Origin: Spirochaetia bacterium
GTDB lineage: Bacteria > Spirochaetota > Spirochaetia > SZUA-6 > Bin103
Reading direction: 5' to 3'
DNA length: 64,000 nucleotides
NCBI GenBank assembly: GCA_965262935.1
Contig: OZ253572.1
Span: 3,861,369 to 3,925,368 of the forward strand
This document shows, in pieces, positions 14,529-22,719 of this stretch (position 1 is the first letter of the stretch; each line of letters starts with the position of its first letter). Under the pieces are notes generated by a model. It was not told the DNA's origin, ran no database searches, and saw only the letters and a list, made by a program, of their open reading frames with translations. Both the position numbers and the translations under genes were made by a program.

Positions 14529-15344
14529 TCAGGGGCGCAACTCGTCGAGGGCGCGTTGCAGGTGTTCGTGGTTGACGGTGTGCGCGCTGTCGAGAGCTGC
14601 CGCCCAGAGGGCGTAATGAGCGATCCGGTTGATCTGGCGAGGCAGACCGCGAGAGGCCTGGAACAAGGCCTCGACGGCGGGCGGCTCGAACAACGGCAAC
14701 TCGGAACCGGCGAGACGCAGGCGATGGGTGAGATAGGAGTCGAGTTCGTCGCGGTCGAGACCGCCGAGATGGTGGCGGACGACGAGGCGCTGGTTGAGCG
14801 ATTCGTGGATCGCCATGGAGAGGCGGCGGCGCAGTTCGGTGAGGCCGACCAACAGCAGACACAGCCGGTGATCGGAGTCCATCGAGTAGTTGGTCAAGAG
14901 TCGCAGGTCGTCGAGTACGTCGTTGCGCAGGAATTGCGCCTCGTCGACGATCAGGACGGGCAGCAGTTTGGACTCCTGAACGAGGCGGGTGATCTCGGCG
15001 CGGATGGCGCGGTAGGCGGTGGCGCGGGAGCGCTCGGTGGGCAGGCCGAGTTGCCAGGCGATGGACTTGTACATGTCGAGGACGTTGCCGGTGGTGAGGG
15101 AGACGTAGTAGACGCGGAACAGGCCGGGGTGGAGGTTGGCGGTGACGTGTCGGCAAACGGTGGTCTTGCCGCAGCCGACCTCGCCGGTCAACAGCCCGAG
15201 GCCGCGCAATTGGAGCAGATGCATGAGGCGCGCGACCGCTTCGTGGTGGGCGCTGAAGGCGAACAGTTCGTCGGCTTGGAGGTTGGCGGCGAAGGGGAAG
15301 CGGGTGAAAGCGAAGTGGCGCAGATAGGTCGTATCGGTGGTCAT
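14529..15344 (-). CDS. AAA+ ATPase transposition helper (TniB/ExeA-like; IstB-position), 272 aa
   Basis: Walker A GEVGCGKTT, Walker B LIVDEAQ. Homologous to the 11662-12501 protein. Start ATG placed 1 nt after the transposase stop (TGAtATG), so it is translationally coupled. Confidence 0.75.
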   Translation of the reverse strand: MTTDTTYLRHFAFTRFPFAANLQADELFAFSAHHEAVARLMHLLQLRGLGLLTGEVGCGKTTVCRHVTANLHPGLFRVYYVSLTTGNVLDMYKSIAWQLGLPTERSRATAYRAIRAEITRLVQESKLLPVLIVDEAQFLRNDVLDDLRLLTNYSMDSDHRLCLLLVGLTELRRRLSMAIHESLNQRLVVRHHLGGLDRDELDSYLTHRLRLAGSELPLFEPPAVEALFQASRGLPRQINRIAHYALWAAALDSAHTVNHEHLQRALDELRP

Positions 15345-15345
15345 A

Positions 15346-16704
15346 TCAGTTGTCCTTCTGCTGGTGCTCGTGCTGCTGATCGAGATCGCGGAGCGCGAGG
15401 GGCGAGGGCGGCGGCTCGGGAGCGGGGCGATCAGGTTCGATGTGGCGCGAGGGCCGGGCGCGTTTGACGGCGGTGTTGGCGTAGGCGTCGAGGATGGTGG
15501 CGAGGCCGGCATCGCGACCGTCGTGGACGACCTGGAGCGGTCTTGTCGGGGGTACGCTCGGATCGTAGCGCAGGGTCACGGTGTGGCCGACCAGGAGCGC
15601 GTCGACCTCGTACAGCCGCCCGACGAGGGATACGGTGCGGTCTTTCATGACGCGGCGTTTGGCCTCGAACAGAAACAGATCGTCAAGATCGACGGCGTCG
15701 TCGACGTAGCGCACCTCGCCGCCGGCGAGGCCCCACTGATCGAGGGGCGTTTTGCCGTCGGCCAGGCCGCGATGCGGGGCGTGGTGGTATTCACCTTCGA
15801 CGTAGGCCCACAGACGCCGATTGAGAGCCTCGATGTTGGCGGTGTCGGCGGTCTGCAAAGTGGTCAGGAACTGGCTGCGTACGGTGCGGAACCAGCGTTC
15901 GATTTTGCCCTTTCCGGCGGGCTGATAAGGGCGTGCGTGAATCAGCGCGATGCCGAGCTTGGCGCACACCAGGGCGAGGTGCTGGGAGCGGTAATTCGCG
16001 CCGTTGTCGACAAATAGGCGGTGCGGCAAGCCGCGGCGGATGAGTGCCTGCTTGAACACCGGCAGGAAGGCGGCGGTGTTCTCCCCGCGGGCAAAGGCAG
16101 CGTACGGGATGACGCGGGTGGCGTCGTCGATGAATGCGATCAGGTAGGTTTTGTGGCGCTGACGACCGGCGCCGACCTTGGGGCCGTGCATGACATCGCT
16201 CATCCACATCTCGCCAGCGTATTTGAAGGAGAAGCGGCGGCGGTCGACGCCAAGCGGCTGGTCGGAGCGTTTGGTCATAAGCCCCTCACGGCTCAACAGA
16301 CGGTGCACGGTGGACGGCGGCAGGCGGAGGGCGTCGGGGAGTAGACCGGAATCGTGGGCGCTTTGGATCACCTGTCGCACTGACCATATGGAGTGCTCGG
16401 CTTTGATGGCTACCAGCAGCTCGGCAACGTCCGGCGACAGCCGCCGGGACTGGCCGCGGTCGGCGCGCGGCTTGGGATAGAGGGCATCGAAGCCGCCTTG
16501 CCGGTAGTGGTGCAGCCAGTCGCGGATGGTCTCGGCGGCGACGCGGGTGCGCTGGGTGCCGGGGATGGTGTGCTCCTGCTCGGCCTTGGCCTGCATCATG
16601 GCGCCGATGCCGGCGGAGCCGGACGGGAGCAACAACAGGTCGGCAATGGTGCGGTAACGGAACAGCGCGATCTCCCGCCTCAGGTGGTCATCAGGAACGT
16701 TCAT
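15346..16704 (-). CDS. DDE transposase (rve core; IstA/TniA-like), 452 aa from the ATG at 16704 with GGAGGA SD
   Basis: FIDDATR, LFVDNGANY, RPYQPAGKGKIERWF triad contexts. C-terminal region resembles Mu-transposase C. Confidence 0.75.
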   Translation of the reverse strand: MNVPDDHLRREIALFRYRTIADLLLLPSGSAGIGAMMQAKAEQEHTIPGTQRTRVAAETIRDWLHHYRQGGFDALYPKPRADRGQSRRLSPDVAELLVAIKAEHSIWSVRQVIQSAHDSGLLPDALRLPPSTVHRLLSREGLMTKRSDQPLGVDRRRFSFKYAGEMWMSDVMHGPKVGAGRQRHKTYLIAFIDDATRVIPYAAFARGENTAAFLPVFKQALIRRGLPHRLFVDNGANYRSQHLALVCAKLGIALIHARPYQPAGKGKIERWFRTVRSQFLTTLQTADTANIEALNRRLWAYVEGEYHHAPHRGLADGKTPLDQWGLAGGEVRYVDDAVDLDDLFLFEAKRRVMKDRTVSLVGRLYEVDALLVGHTVTLRYDPSVPPTRPLQVVHDGRDAGLATILDAYANTAVKRARPSRHIEPDRPAPEPPPSPLALRDLDQQHEHQQKDN

Positions 16705-16753
16705 GGGCGTCCTCCTCGTGATTGCGGGTCTGGCGACCCGCTGCTGAGGAAAG

Positions 16754-17377
16754 CTACGGGGGGTGCGCCGGTGGGGCAGGCCCCAGGTTGTGTTGACGGC
16801 GGGATTTGCGATTCCCCGCGCCAATCCCGTGGTGGCGAAAACCGAGCGGCGCCGGCAGCGCCGGCAGCCAGACCGCAGTCAGACTGCGCAACGTCAGCAA
16901 CGCCGCCTTGGTGCCAAGACGCTTGCGGAACGCGGCCACGTCGGCGTTACAGCGCGCGAACTGTTCCGGCAGCAGGCCAACCACATGCCGCAGGGCGTGG
17001 TGCACCGAGCGCACGCGGCGCTGTACCCAGCGCATCGCGCCGGCCAATTCGATGGCATCAGGGCGCAGTTTGTCTGCCGCCTTGATCAGACTCGGCGTCT
17101 GCTCGGCAACCGCGACCACCGCTTCCAGCTCCTTGAGGGTTCCCGGCAGCCGCGCAGCCAAGCAATCGGGCAGTAAACTGAATGTGGTGTGAGATTCAGG
17201 ACAGTACCAGCGGGCAATCCGCGTGCCGACCGGTGTCTTGCGTGGATAGGTGCCGTGACGGGCGAATGAGCATCCGCCCTGGGAGTGATTCGGGCACCGC
17301 TCCAGCCTTGCAGCGCACCAGGCTTCGGCGCTAACGTACTCCTCGCCGGTGTGCCCCGATTCGTATCGAAGTTGCAC
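16754..17377 (-). CDS. Small Cys-rich (Zn-ribbon-like) protein, transposon-associated family member 2 (GTG start)
   Basis: N-terminus VQLRYESGHT... aligns with VLHKLWGDT... of the 9504 protein. Shared CP(N/H)(H/C)...AR..Y.RK.P.G...(Y/F)C pattern. Same position (first gene, upstream of the transposase) in both elements. Confidence 0.4.
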   Translation of the reverse strand: MQLRYESGHTGEEYVSAEAWCAARLERCPNHSQGGCSFARHGTYPRKTPVGTRIARWYCPESHTTFSLLPDCLAARLPGTLKELEAVVAVAEQTPSLIKAADKLRPDAIELAGAMRWVQRRVRSVHHALRHVVGLLPEQFARCNADVAAFRKRLGTKAALLTLRSLTAVWLPALPAPLGFRHHGIGAGNRKSRRQHNLGPAPPAHPP

Positions 17378-17628
17378 CGGCCACGGCCCGGCGGGGGAGT
17401 ACCCGCGCGGGCCATTTTCTTCTCCCTGATTATGGTTCCAAGAGACTAAACCCGCACCAACGGCATCGGGAACCGTGGGAACCGTCCGCTGAGCCGCGTA
17501 TTCTGCGCACCCAGCCGTGAGAGTGATCCTGCGTTAGCCCGCTCTCCACCGTCTTCCCAGTCGATCCGTCACTGAATCAATCCGAGCAGAAGGCTTGGGC
17601 TTCTAACGACTTACCTTGGGATACAACA

Positions 17629-18530
17629 ACTGGCCGGCGCAGGAGTTCTGCGCTCTTGAGGTACCGCTCCACGCGCCCGCCGGTACCAGCACTACCACCG
17701 TTGAGCTCGCCGAGCAGCCGATCGTGCTGCGCAACGGGCTCACGGTACGCCAGATTCGGCGCCGCCTGGCCAACGGTCGCCAGGTGCCGGTGATCACCAC
17801 TCACCCGCAGATGCCCGTGGAGCAGGTCGCCGGCGCCATGTTCTCGCGCTGGTCGCAGGAGAACTTCTTCAAGTATCTGCGCGAGCAGTTCAACCTCGAT
17901 GCTCTGCCCAGCCATGGTCTGGAGCCGCTGGACCCCGAGGCGCAGGTGGTGAACCCGGTGCGCCGCACCCTCGAGAAGACCATCAGGCGGGTCCGCAGCC
18001 GCTTGGCAACGGCCCGCAATCGCCTCGCCGAGGCGCTGCAGGCAGAGCACCGCGACCGCGCCACCCGCCTTGCGGCTGATGCCCAGACGCTGGTCGCCGA
18101 ACTTGACCAACTCAAGCAGCAACGCGCCGACACGCCCACCCACGTTCGCGCCGGCGAGTTGCCGGAGCAGGACAAGCTGGACGCCCTGCCGGTTGGCGGG
18201 CGGCTGTTCATGGACGTGGTGCGCATGATCGCCTATCGCGCGGAGACCCGGATGATGGCGCCGGTGCTCACCGCACAGGGCAAGAAACCGAATGCCCGCA
18301 GGCTGCTGCGCGCCTTGCTGACCTCCGACGCCAACATCATCCCGCAGCCTGACGAGGGGATTCTGCGGATCCAGCTTCTGGGGCTCGGCAGCGACTCCTG
18401 CGAGCGCATGCTCGCTCCCCTGATCGAGGAACTCAACGCAACCTGCACCATCTATCCCGGCACCGAACTCAGGCTGGTCTACGAGTTCGCCGGCGATCCG
18501 CCACCCGACGTGTCATCTGATTCCGGCTGA
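17629..18530 (+). pseudogene. IS4/IS701-like DDE transposase, 3' part (continues 13603-14100)
   Basis: YREK-type signature FSRWSQENFFKYLRE (the E of DDE). In frame with the upstream part once element B is removed. Confidence 0.45.
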
Positions 18531-18651
18531 GGTCAGGAAGTCTGAGTTTAGTCGTTCGGCGGAGCGGAGCGTTGACCAGTGAAAGGCGGCCGACCTTCTG
18601 CTAACGACGAGTGGAGATGCGCAGCATTGGCCTGGCCGCCATCTTCTATTC

Positions 18652-18999
18652 TCACCGGCCGAGCACGACGTCGATCCCGCTCACGACGAGTGCCACCTGC
18701 CGCGCCGCGAGTCGCCTCATGCGCTTCACCAGGATGCTGCGGTCGAGCGCCACGATCTGAGCTGCGTTTGCTACGGAGTCCTTCGGCAATCCGGTCGCCT
18801 TGGCGGGCAGCAACGTGTTGCCCGGAGCGTCGGCCCACATCAGGTTGCTGGTGAGTGGAACGCAGACCACGGTCGAGATTCGGCTCCGGTTCAGATGGTC
18901 GCCCTGAACCACCACAACCGGCCGCCGCAGACCGGGCCCCGAGCCAAGGGGTTGCGGTAGCTCCGCCCACCAGACCTCGCCCTGCGCGATGTCTACCAC
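18652..18999 (-). CDS. mazF: MazF/PemK-family endoribonuclease toxin (115 aa)
   Basis: GEVWWAELP...RPVVVV...VVCVPLTS motifs typical of PemK/MazF. 7-bp overlap with the upstream antitoxin ORF. Confidence 0.65.
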   Translation of the reverse strand: MVDIAQGEVWWAELPQPLGSGPGLRRPVVVVQGDHLNRSRISTVVCVPLTSNLMWADAPGNTLLPAKATGLPKDSVANAAQIVALDRSILVKRMRRLAARQVALVVSGIDVVLGR

Positions 19000-19232
19000 T
19001 CGGAGCGTTCGAGAGTCTGACGTGACGCTCGAGACACAAACTCGTCCGGTGACGCCTCGCCGACGGCTTCCGCCACCCGATCCATCGCAGCCGTAACGTC
19101 GTCAGGCGTGTGTCTTGCCAGGTACTCAGCGAGAGCGTCAACGTATAGCTGGCTTCGAGACTTCCTCGTCCGTTGCGCATGGCGTTCGGCGGCACGGAAG
19201 ATCTCATCCGGGACCGACACGGCAGTCTTCAT
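18993..19232 (-). CDS. Cognate antitoxin (MazE/ribbon-helix-helix-like), ~79 aa from the MKTAVSVPDE start
   Basis: Small ORF overlapping the toxin start. N-terminal VSVPDEIFRAAE is typical of RHH/SpoVT-AbrB antitoxins. Confidence 0.45.
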   Translation of the reverse strand: MKTAVSVPDEIFRAAERHAQRTRKSRSQLYVDALAEYLARHTPDDVTAAMDRVAEAVGEASPDEFVSRASRQTLERSEW

Positions 19233-20260
19233 ACCATGAGTATAACCAACTAGCCGGTGACGGTCATTTCTGAACCTGGGGGGTTCGCGAAAGCTGACTG
19301 AATCTCTCAATTGACATCGCTACAAGCACATCTAGTGTTCGGGCGGCCACTACACAGCCGGTGACGACGAGCGCACCGAGCAACCCGTTAGAGCTGGTCA
19401 GCGGAATGGGGTTCGACACCGTCGATTGCAGCGCAATCCGTGCGGCGAGAATGATGGAAACGTATGCCGACTGCTTGCGGTACCTCGCGGGTCCCCCTCG
19501 AGCGTGGAGGAGCTCGCATTGGCGGTATCTGTGGTTGTCGGCACATATCACCCCACCGGACGACCGTGGTCAGCGCGATTCGGCTGGGGCATAACCTATG
19601 AGTCAGGCAAAGTCCCCGGGCGCGCCGCTTCGTGTGCAGTCTCTCGTCGACGGTTGGCCCGGTGAATACCTGGAGCGGTGGTCGAGCCAGTTTCGGCGTC
19701 GCGATGCCGGTAATGCAACTCCCTCCGGACGCGCCGCAGGCTGTCCAAAGAACAGCCGCTGTCCACAGGACAGCCGCACGCTTGCCCTCCATGGCGCGGG
19801 AACGCCTGTGGTGGGCCCCATGGACGGGGCTCACGAACGGACGACGCGTCAGTCGTGTGATGAGAGGTACCTGACACTTCGCCCACTCGGTCTGCGGTGC
19901 CCGGGCGCCACTTCGCGCTGACCGGCCAGGTCACGCCCATCCACAGTCCGGCGCTGGTTGACCTGGTCGGCCGCGTTCCGGGCGCGCCTCCGGAACTGCC
20001 GCCGGCGCATGCACACCCGTGGCGGCAGGGATGGCGCCACGGGTGGAGGTCACCGCGCATCCGGCGTGAACCCGCGGGGGTTCCCGGTCGGCCGCACATC
20101 CATGGGTCGGCGCGGCGGTGGCGAAGCCGAAGGATGCCCCCGTCGGAGTCATCGAGCGGGAAGACATCTGGGGCCGACCCGTCGCACCTTGCCTTGCTCG
20201 GTGGGGTGCACGGCCCCGCAGCAGGCGCGTGGCCCCCAGGCCGCCGCAGGCGCGCTCTCC

Positions 20261-21190
20261 TTAGACCGACCCGGCGGCTCCGGCACCGAGACTACCACCG
20301 CCCCTCAGCCTCGGGTCGAGGAGGTCCCGCACCGCGTCGCCGAGCATGTTTAGACTATAGACGGTAATAGTCAGGCAAAGACCAGGCCAGAGAGCCAGCC
20401 ATGGCGCCATCTCCATGAACTCACGCCCCTCCCGGCTGAGCATCCCACCCCAGCTGGGTACACTCGGCGGCAGACCGAATCCCAGGAAGCTTAAGGACGC
20501 CTCGCTGATAATCACCCCCCCGATGTTGATGCTGAATATGATGATTACGGTAGGCATAATATTGGGTAGGACATGTCGGATAAATGTTCTCCATTTTGAA
20601 GAGCCAATCGACTCCGTCGCCTGAAAATACACATTCTCTTTTACACCGATAACGGCGCCTCTGACTACTCTTGAGCCAACGATGCCTCCTGTTACCCCCA
20701 GGACCACTATTATCTGTAACAGACCCTGCCCCACTATGGACATTACGGTTAACAACAGGAGCAGTCCCGGAAAAGCCATCCAGGCATCGACAAATCTCTG
20801 CACTGCCAGGTCAAATTTGCCGCCCAAAAATCCTGAAGTGCCGCCTATGAGGGCCGCCACCACAACATTGAGACTGGTCGCCGCTAGACCGACAACTATC
20901 GAAAGACGAGCACCGTAGATAAGGCGGCTGAAAAAGTCTCGCCCCAACTGGTCGGTACCCAGCAGATACCGGGCTGATGAGCCCTGAAGCCTGTCTGCCA
21001 AGTGTACTTCAAGAAAGCCGTAAGGGGCCAGAACATCGGCGAAGATAGCCACAAAAATCAATATCAATATGATAATCCCGCTGGCAGTACCCAGTGGCTT
21101 CTCCTTCCACAGTCTGCTCAAGAAATTAGCCAGCGCGGTACGTCTCTTTGGCGCAATTTCTGCTGATGGTATCCCTGTGGCGTCACTCAT
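20261..21190 (-). CDS. Peptide/nickel ABC transporter permease (DppC/OppC-like)
   Basis: EAA-like loop and multiple TM segments; ends ...DLLDPRLR. Lies in a lower-GC block. Confidence 0.75.
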   Translation of the reverse strand: MSDATGIPSAEIAPKRRTALANFLSRLWKEKPLGTASGIIILILIFVAIFADVLAPYGFLEVHLADRLQGSSARYLLGTDQLGRDFFSRLIYGARLSIVVGLAATSLNVVVAALIGGTSGFLGGKFDLAVQRFVDAWMAFPGLLLLLTVMSIVGQGLLQIIVVLGVTGGIVGSRVVRGAVIGVKENVYFQATESIGSSKWRTFIRHVLPNIMPTVIIIFSINIGGVIISEASLSFLGFGLPPSVPSWGGMLSREGREFMEMAPWLALWPGLCLTITVYSLNMLGDAVRDLLDPRLRGGGSLGAGAAGSV

Positions 21191-21208
21191 ATCCCCGATT
21201 TCCCCCCT

Positions 21209-22162
21209 TTAGCTGTATCGTACCCTGGGGTCTAAATAAGGATAAATCAGGTCGATAATTAGATTGATCCCTACAACCGCCGTGGCGAAAACCAAGTTTA
21301 CTCCGGAGACAACCGGGTAGTCTCTGTTATTGAGTGCATCCAGCATGAGACGACCTAACCCCGGCAGGGCAAATATCTTCTCCATGATAACCGAGCCGCC
21401 TACCAGCAGAGGCAACTGCAGGCCGATCAGGGTAACTACCGGGATGAGGGCATTCTTGACGGCGTGTCTCATAATAACTACCCTCTCCTTGAGACCCTTG
21501 GACCAGGCCGTCCTGATGTAGTCCTGCCTGAGCACCTCCAGCATCATGGTGCGCGTCATCCGCATTGTGGCTGCAGCCGAGGCCGTCCCCAGAATCAGGC
21601 TGGGAATGATGAACACCCCGAGATTCCCCAGCGGGTCTTCGGTGAAAGGAACCCACTCCAGCGGTGGCGCCCAGCCCCACCAGATTGCCGGGAAGATCAT
21701 GACCATAGTTCCCAGCCAGAAGTTAGGCGTTGCCAGGCCGATGATGGCCGCGGAGCGCCCCACGTAGTCGGCCGCCGTATCCTGGCGAATCGCCGAGTAG
21801 ATGCCGACTGGCAGCGCTATCAAGAGCCCGATTACGATTGCCATGACACCAAGCTCGATGGTTACCGGCAGTCTATCTATTATCTTCTCCTCCACCGCCC
21901 CACGGCCCATCAGTGATTCGCCAAGGCTACCGTGCCGGAAAATATTTCCTATCCAGCGTCCATACTGCACGTAGACAGGCACGTCCAATCCCAGCCGGCG
22001 CTCAAGAGCTTCACGGTCAATCCCCCCGTACATTTCCATCTGAGCCAACATTGCATCTATTACATCGCCCGGGATGAAGCGGACCGAGAGAAAGACCAGG
22101 ATGCTCAATATAAACAGGGTGGGGATTATCAGCAATAACCGCCTGATTATATAGGCTCTCAT
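21209..22162 (-). CDS. Peptide ABC transporter permease (DppB/OppB-like)
   Basis: N-terminus MRAYIIRRLLLIIPTLFILSILVF and C-terminal ...PYLDPRVRY, classic for DppB/OppB. Confidence 0.75.
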   Translation of the reverse strand: MRAYIIRRLLLIIPTLFILSILVFLSVRFIPGDVIDAMLAQMEMYGGIDREALERRLGLDVPVYVQYGRWIGNIFRHGSLGESLMGRGAVEEKIIDRLPVTIELGVMAIVIGLLIALPVGIYSAIRQDTAADYVGRSAAIIGLATPNFWLGTMVMIFPAIWWGWAPPLEWVPFTEDPLGNLGVFIIPSLILGTASAAATMRMTRTMMLEVLRQDYIRTAWSKGLKERVVIMRHAVKNALIPVVTLIGLQLPLLVGGSVIMEKIFALPGLGRLMLDALNNRDYPVVSGVNLVFATAVVGINLIIDLIYPYLDPRVRYS

Positions 22163-22180
22163 ATCACACTCCTCATCGCG

Positions 22181-22719
22181 ATGTACCCCGTCATTGCCAC
22201 CCCTCTTTGGTCATTGCGGTATATATCCCAACCCCGTATCAGGTACGGGGCAGGCTCCCGTCATTCCGGTGAAAACCGGAATCCACCTTCCACGTCTTTC
22301 CGGCCCCTTCCACTGAAGGGCGCGGCACTCTCTAAGGTGCGAATGACCCCTGCCAAGAAACTCGCCTCTCACCGTTTTGGGGAGTCCAGAGGGGTGAAAC
22401 CCCTTTGAAACGGGGGTTCAAGGGGGTTTCACCCTTGATTCCCCCTCTCCTTATTATAGGGAGCGTCTAAGAGGGGCGAAGCCCCTTTTAAACGGGGGTT
22501 CAAGGGGGTGTCCCCCTTGATTCTCCCCGTCATTCCGCCGATAGGCGGAATCCAGCGAAATTTCAAATGGTTGCGTTTTCTGGATTCCGGGTCTCCGCCC
22601 GGAATGACAGTATGAAAGCCCTCCTCTCATTATTTGAGGAGTATGGGAAAACTGGGGGGCTTGAGCTTGAGCCCTCCAGCTCCCTCTTTCCCTGAGGTCA
22701 ACCACAAGGGGTGAAACCC
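22181..22719 (-). repeat. 557-bp intergenic region packed with dispersed hairpin repeats (GTCATTCCGG-N-CCGGAATGAC type, and two ~55-bp direct repeats GGGG(T/C)GAA(A/G)CCCCTTT(G/T)AAACGGGGGTTCAAGGGGGT(T/G)TC(A/C)CCCTTGATTC)
   Basis: Read directly. Three inverted-repeat hairpins with the CATTCCGG core. Two near-identical direct repeats at ~22385 and ~22465, plus a partial third copy at ~22705. Confidence 0.45.

Larger units (their letters stand above)
14101..17628 (-). mobile_element. IS element B, 3528 bp: 12-bp perfect terminal inverted repeats TGTTGTATCCCA and a 5-bp target-site duplication ACTGG (14096-14100 and 17629-17633)
   Basis: TIRs and TSD read directly from the sequence. The insertion cleanly splits the IS4-like transposase reading frame. 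It carries a Zn-ribbon ORF, a DDE transposase and an AAA+ ATPase on the minus strand. Confidence 0.7.

Noticed and set aside
17086-17415. 109-aa ORF with a near-perfect SD (AGGGAG-N6-ATG) upstream of the element-B Zn-ribbon gene
   Set aside because: Its product is Arg/Pro-rich low complexity. The overlapping 207-aa frame aligns residue-by-residue with the element-A Zn-ribbon protein. The ATG+SD is kept as a flag for a possible upstream start or frameshift, but not called as a gene.
19250-20260. Several 60-170-aa ORFs on both strands between mazE and dppC (e.g. 19388-19834 -, 19596-20099 -, 19897-20367 +)
   Set aside because: All are Arg/Gly/Pro-rich with no motifs and mutually overlapping. 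The region is more likely non-coding or a decayed remnant (it is where a missing Csx17 C-terminal half was looked for, without success).
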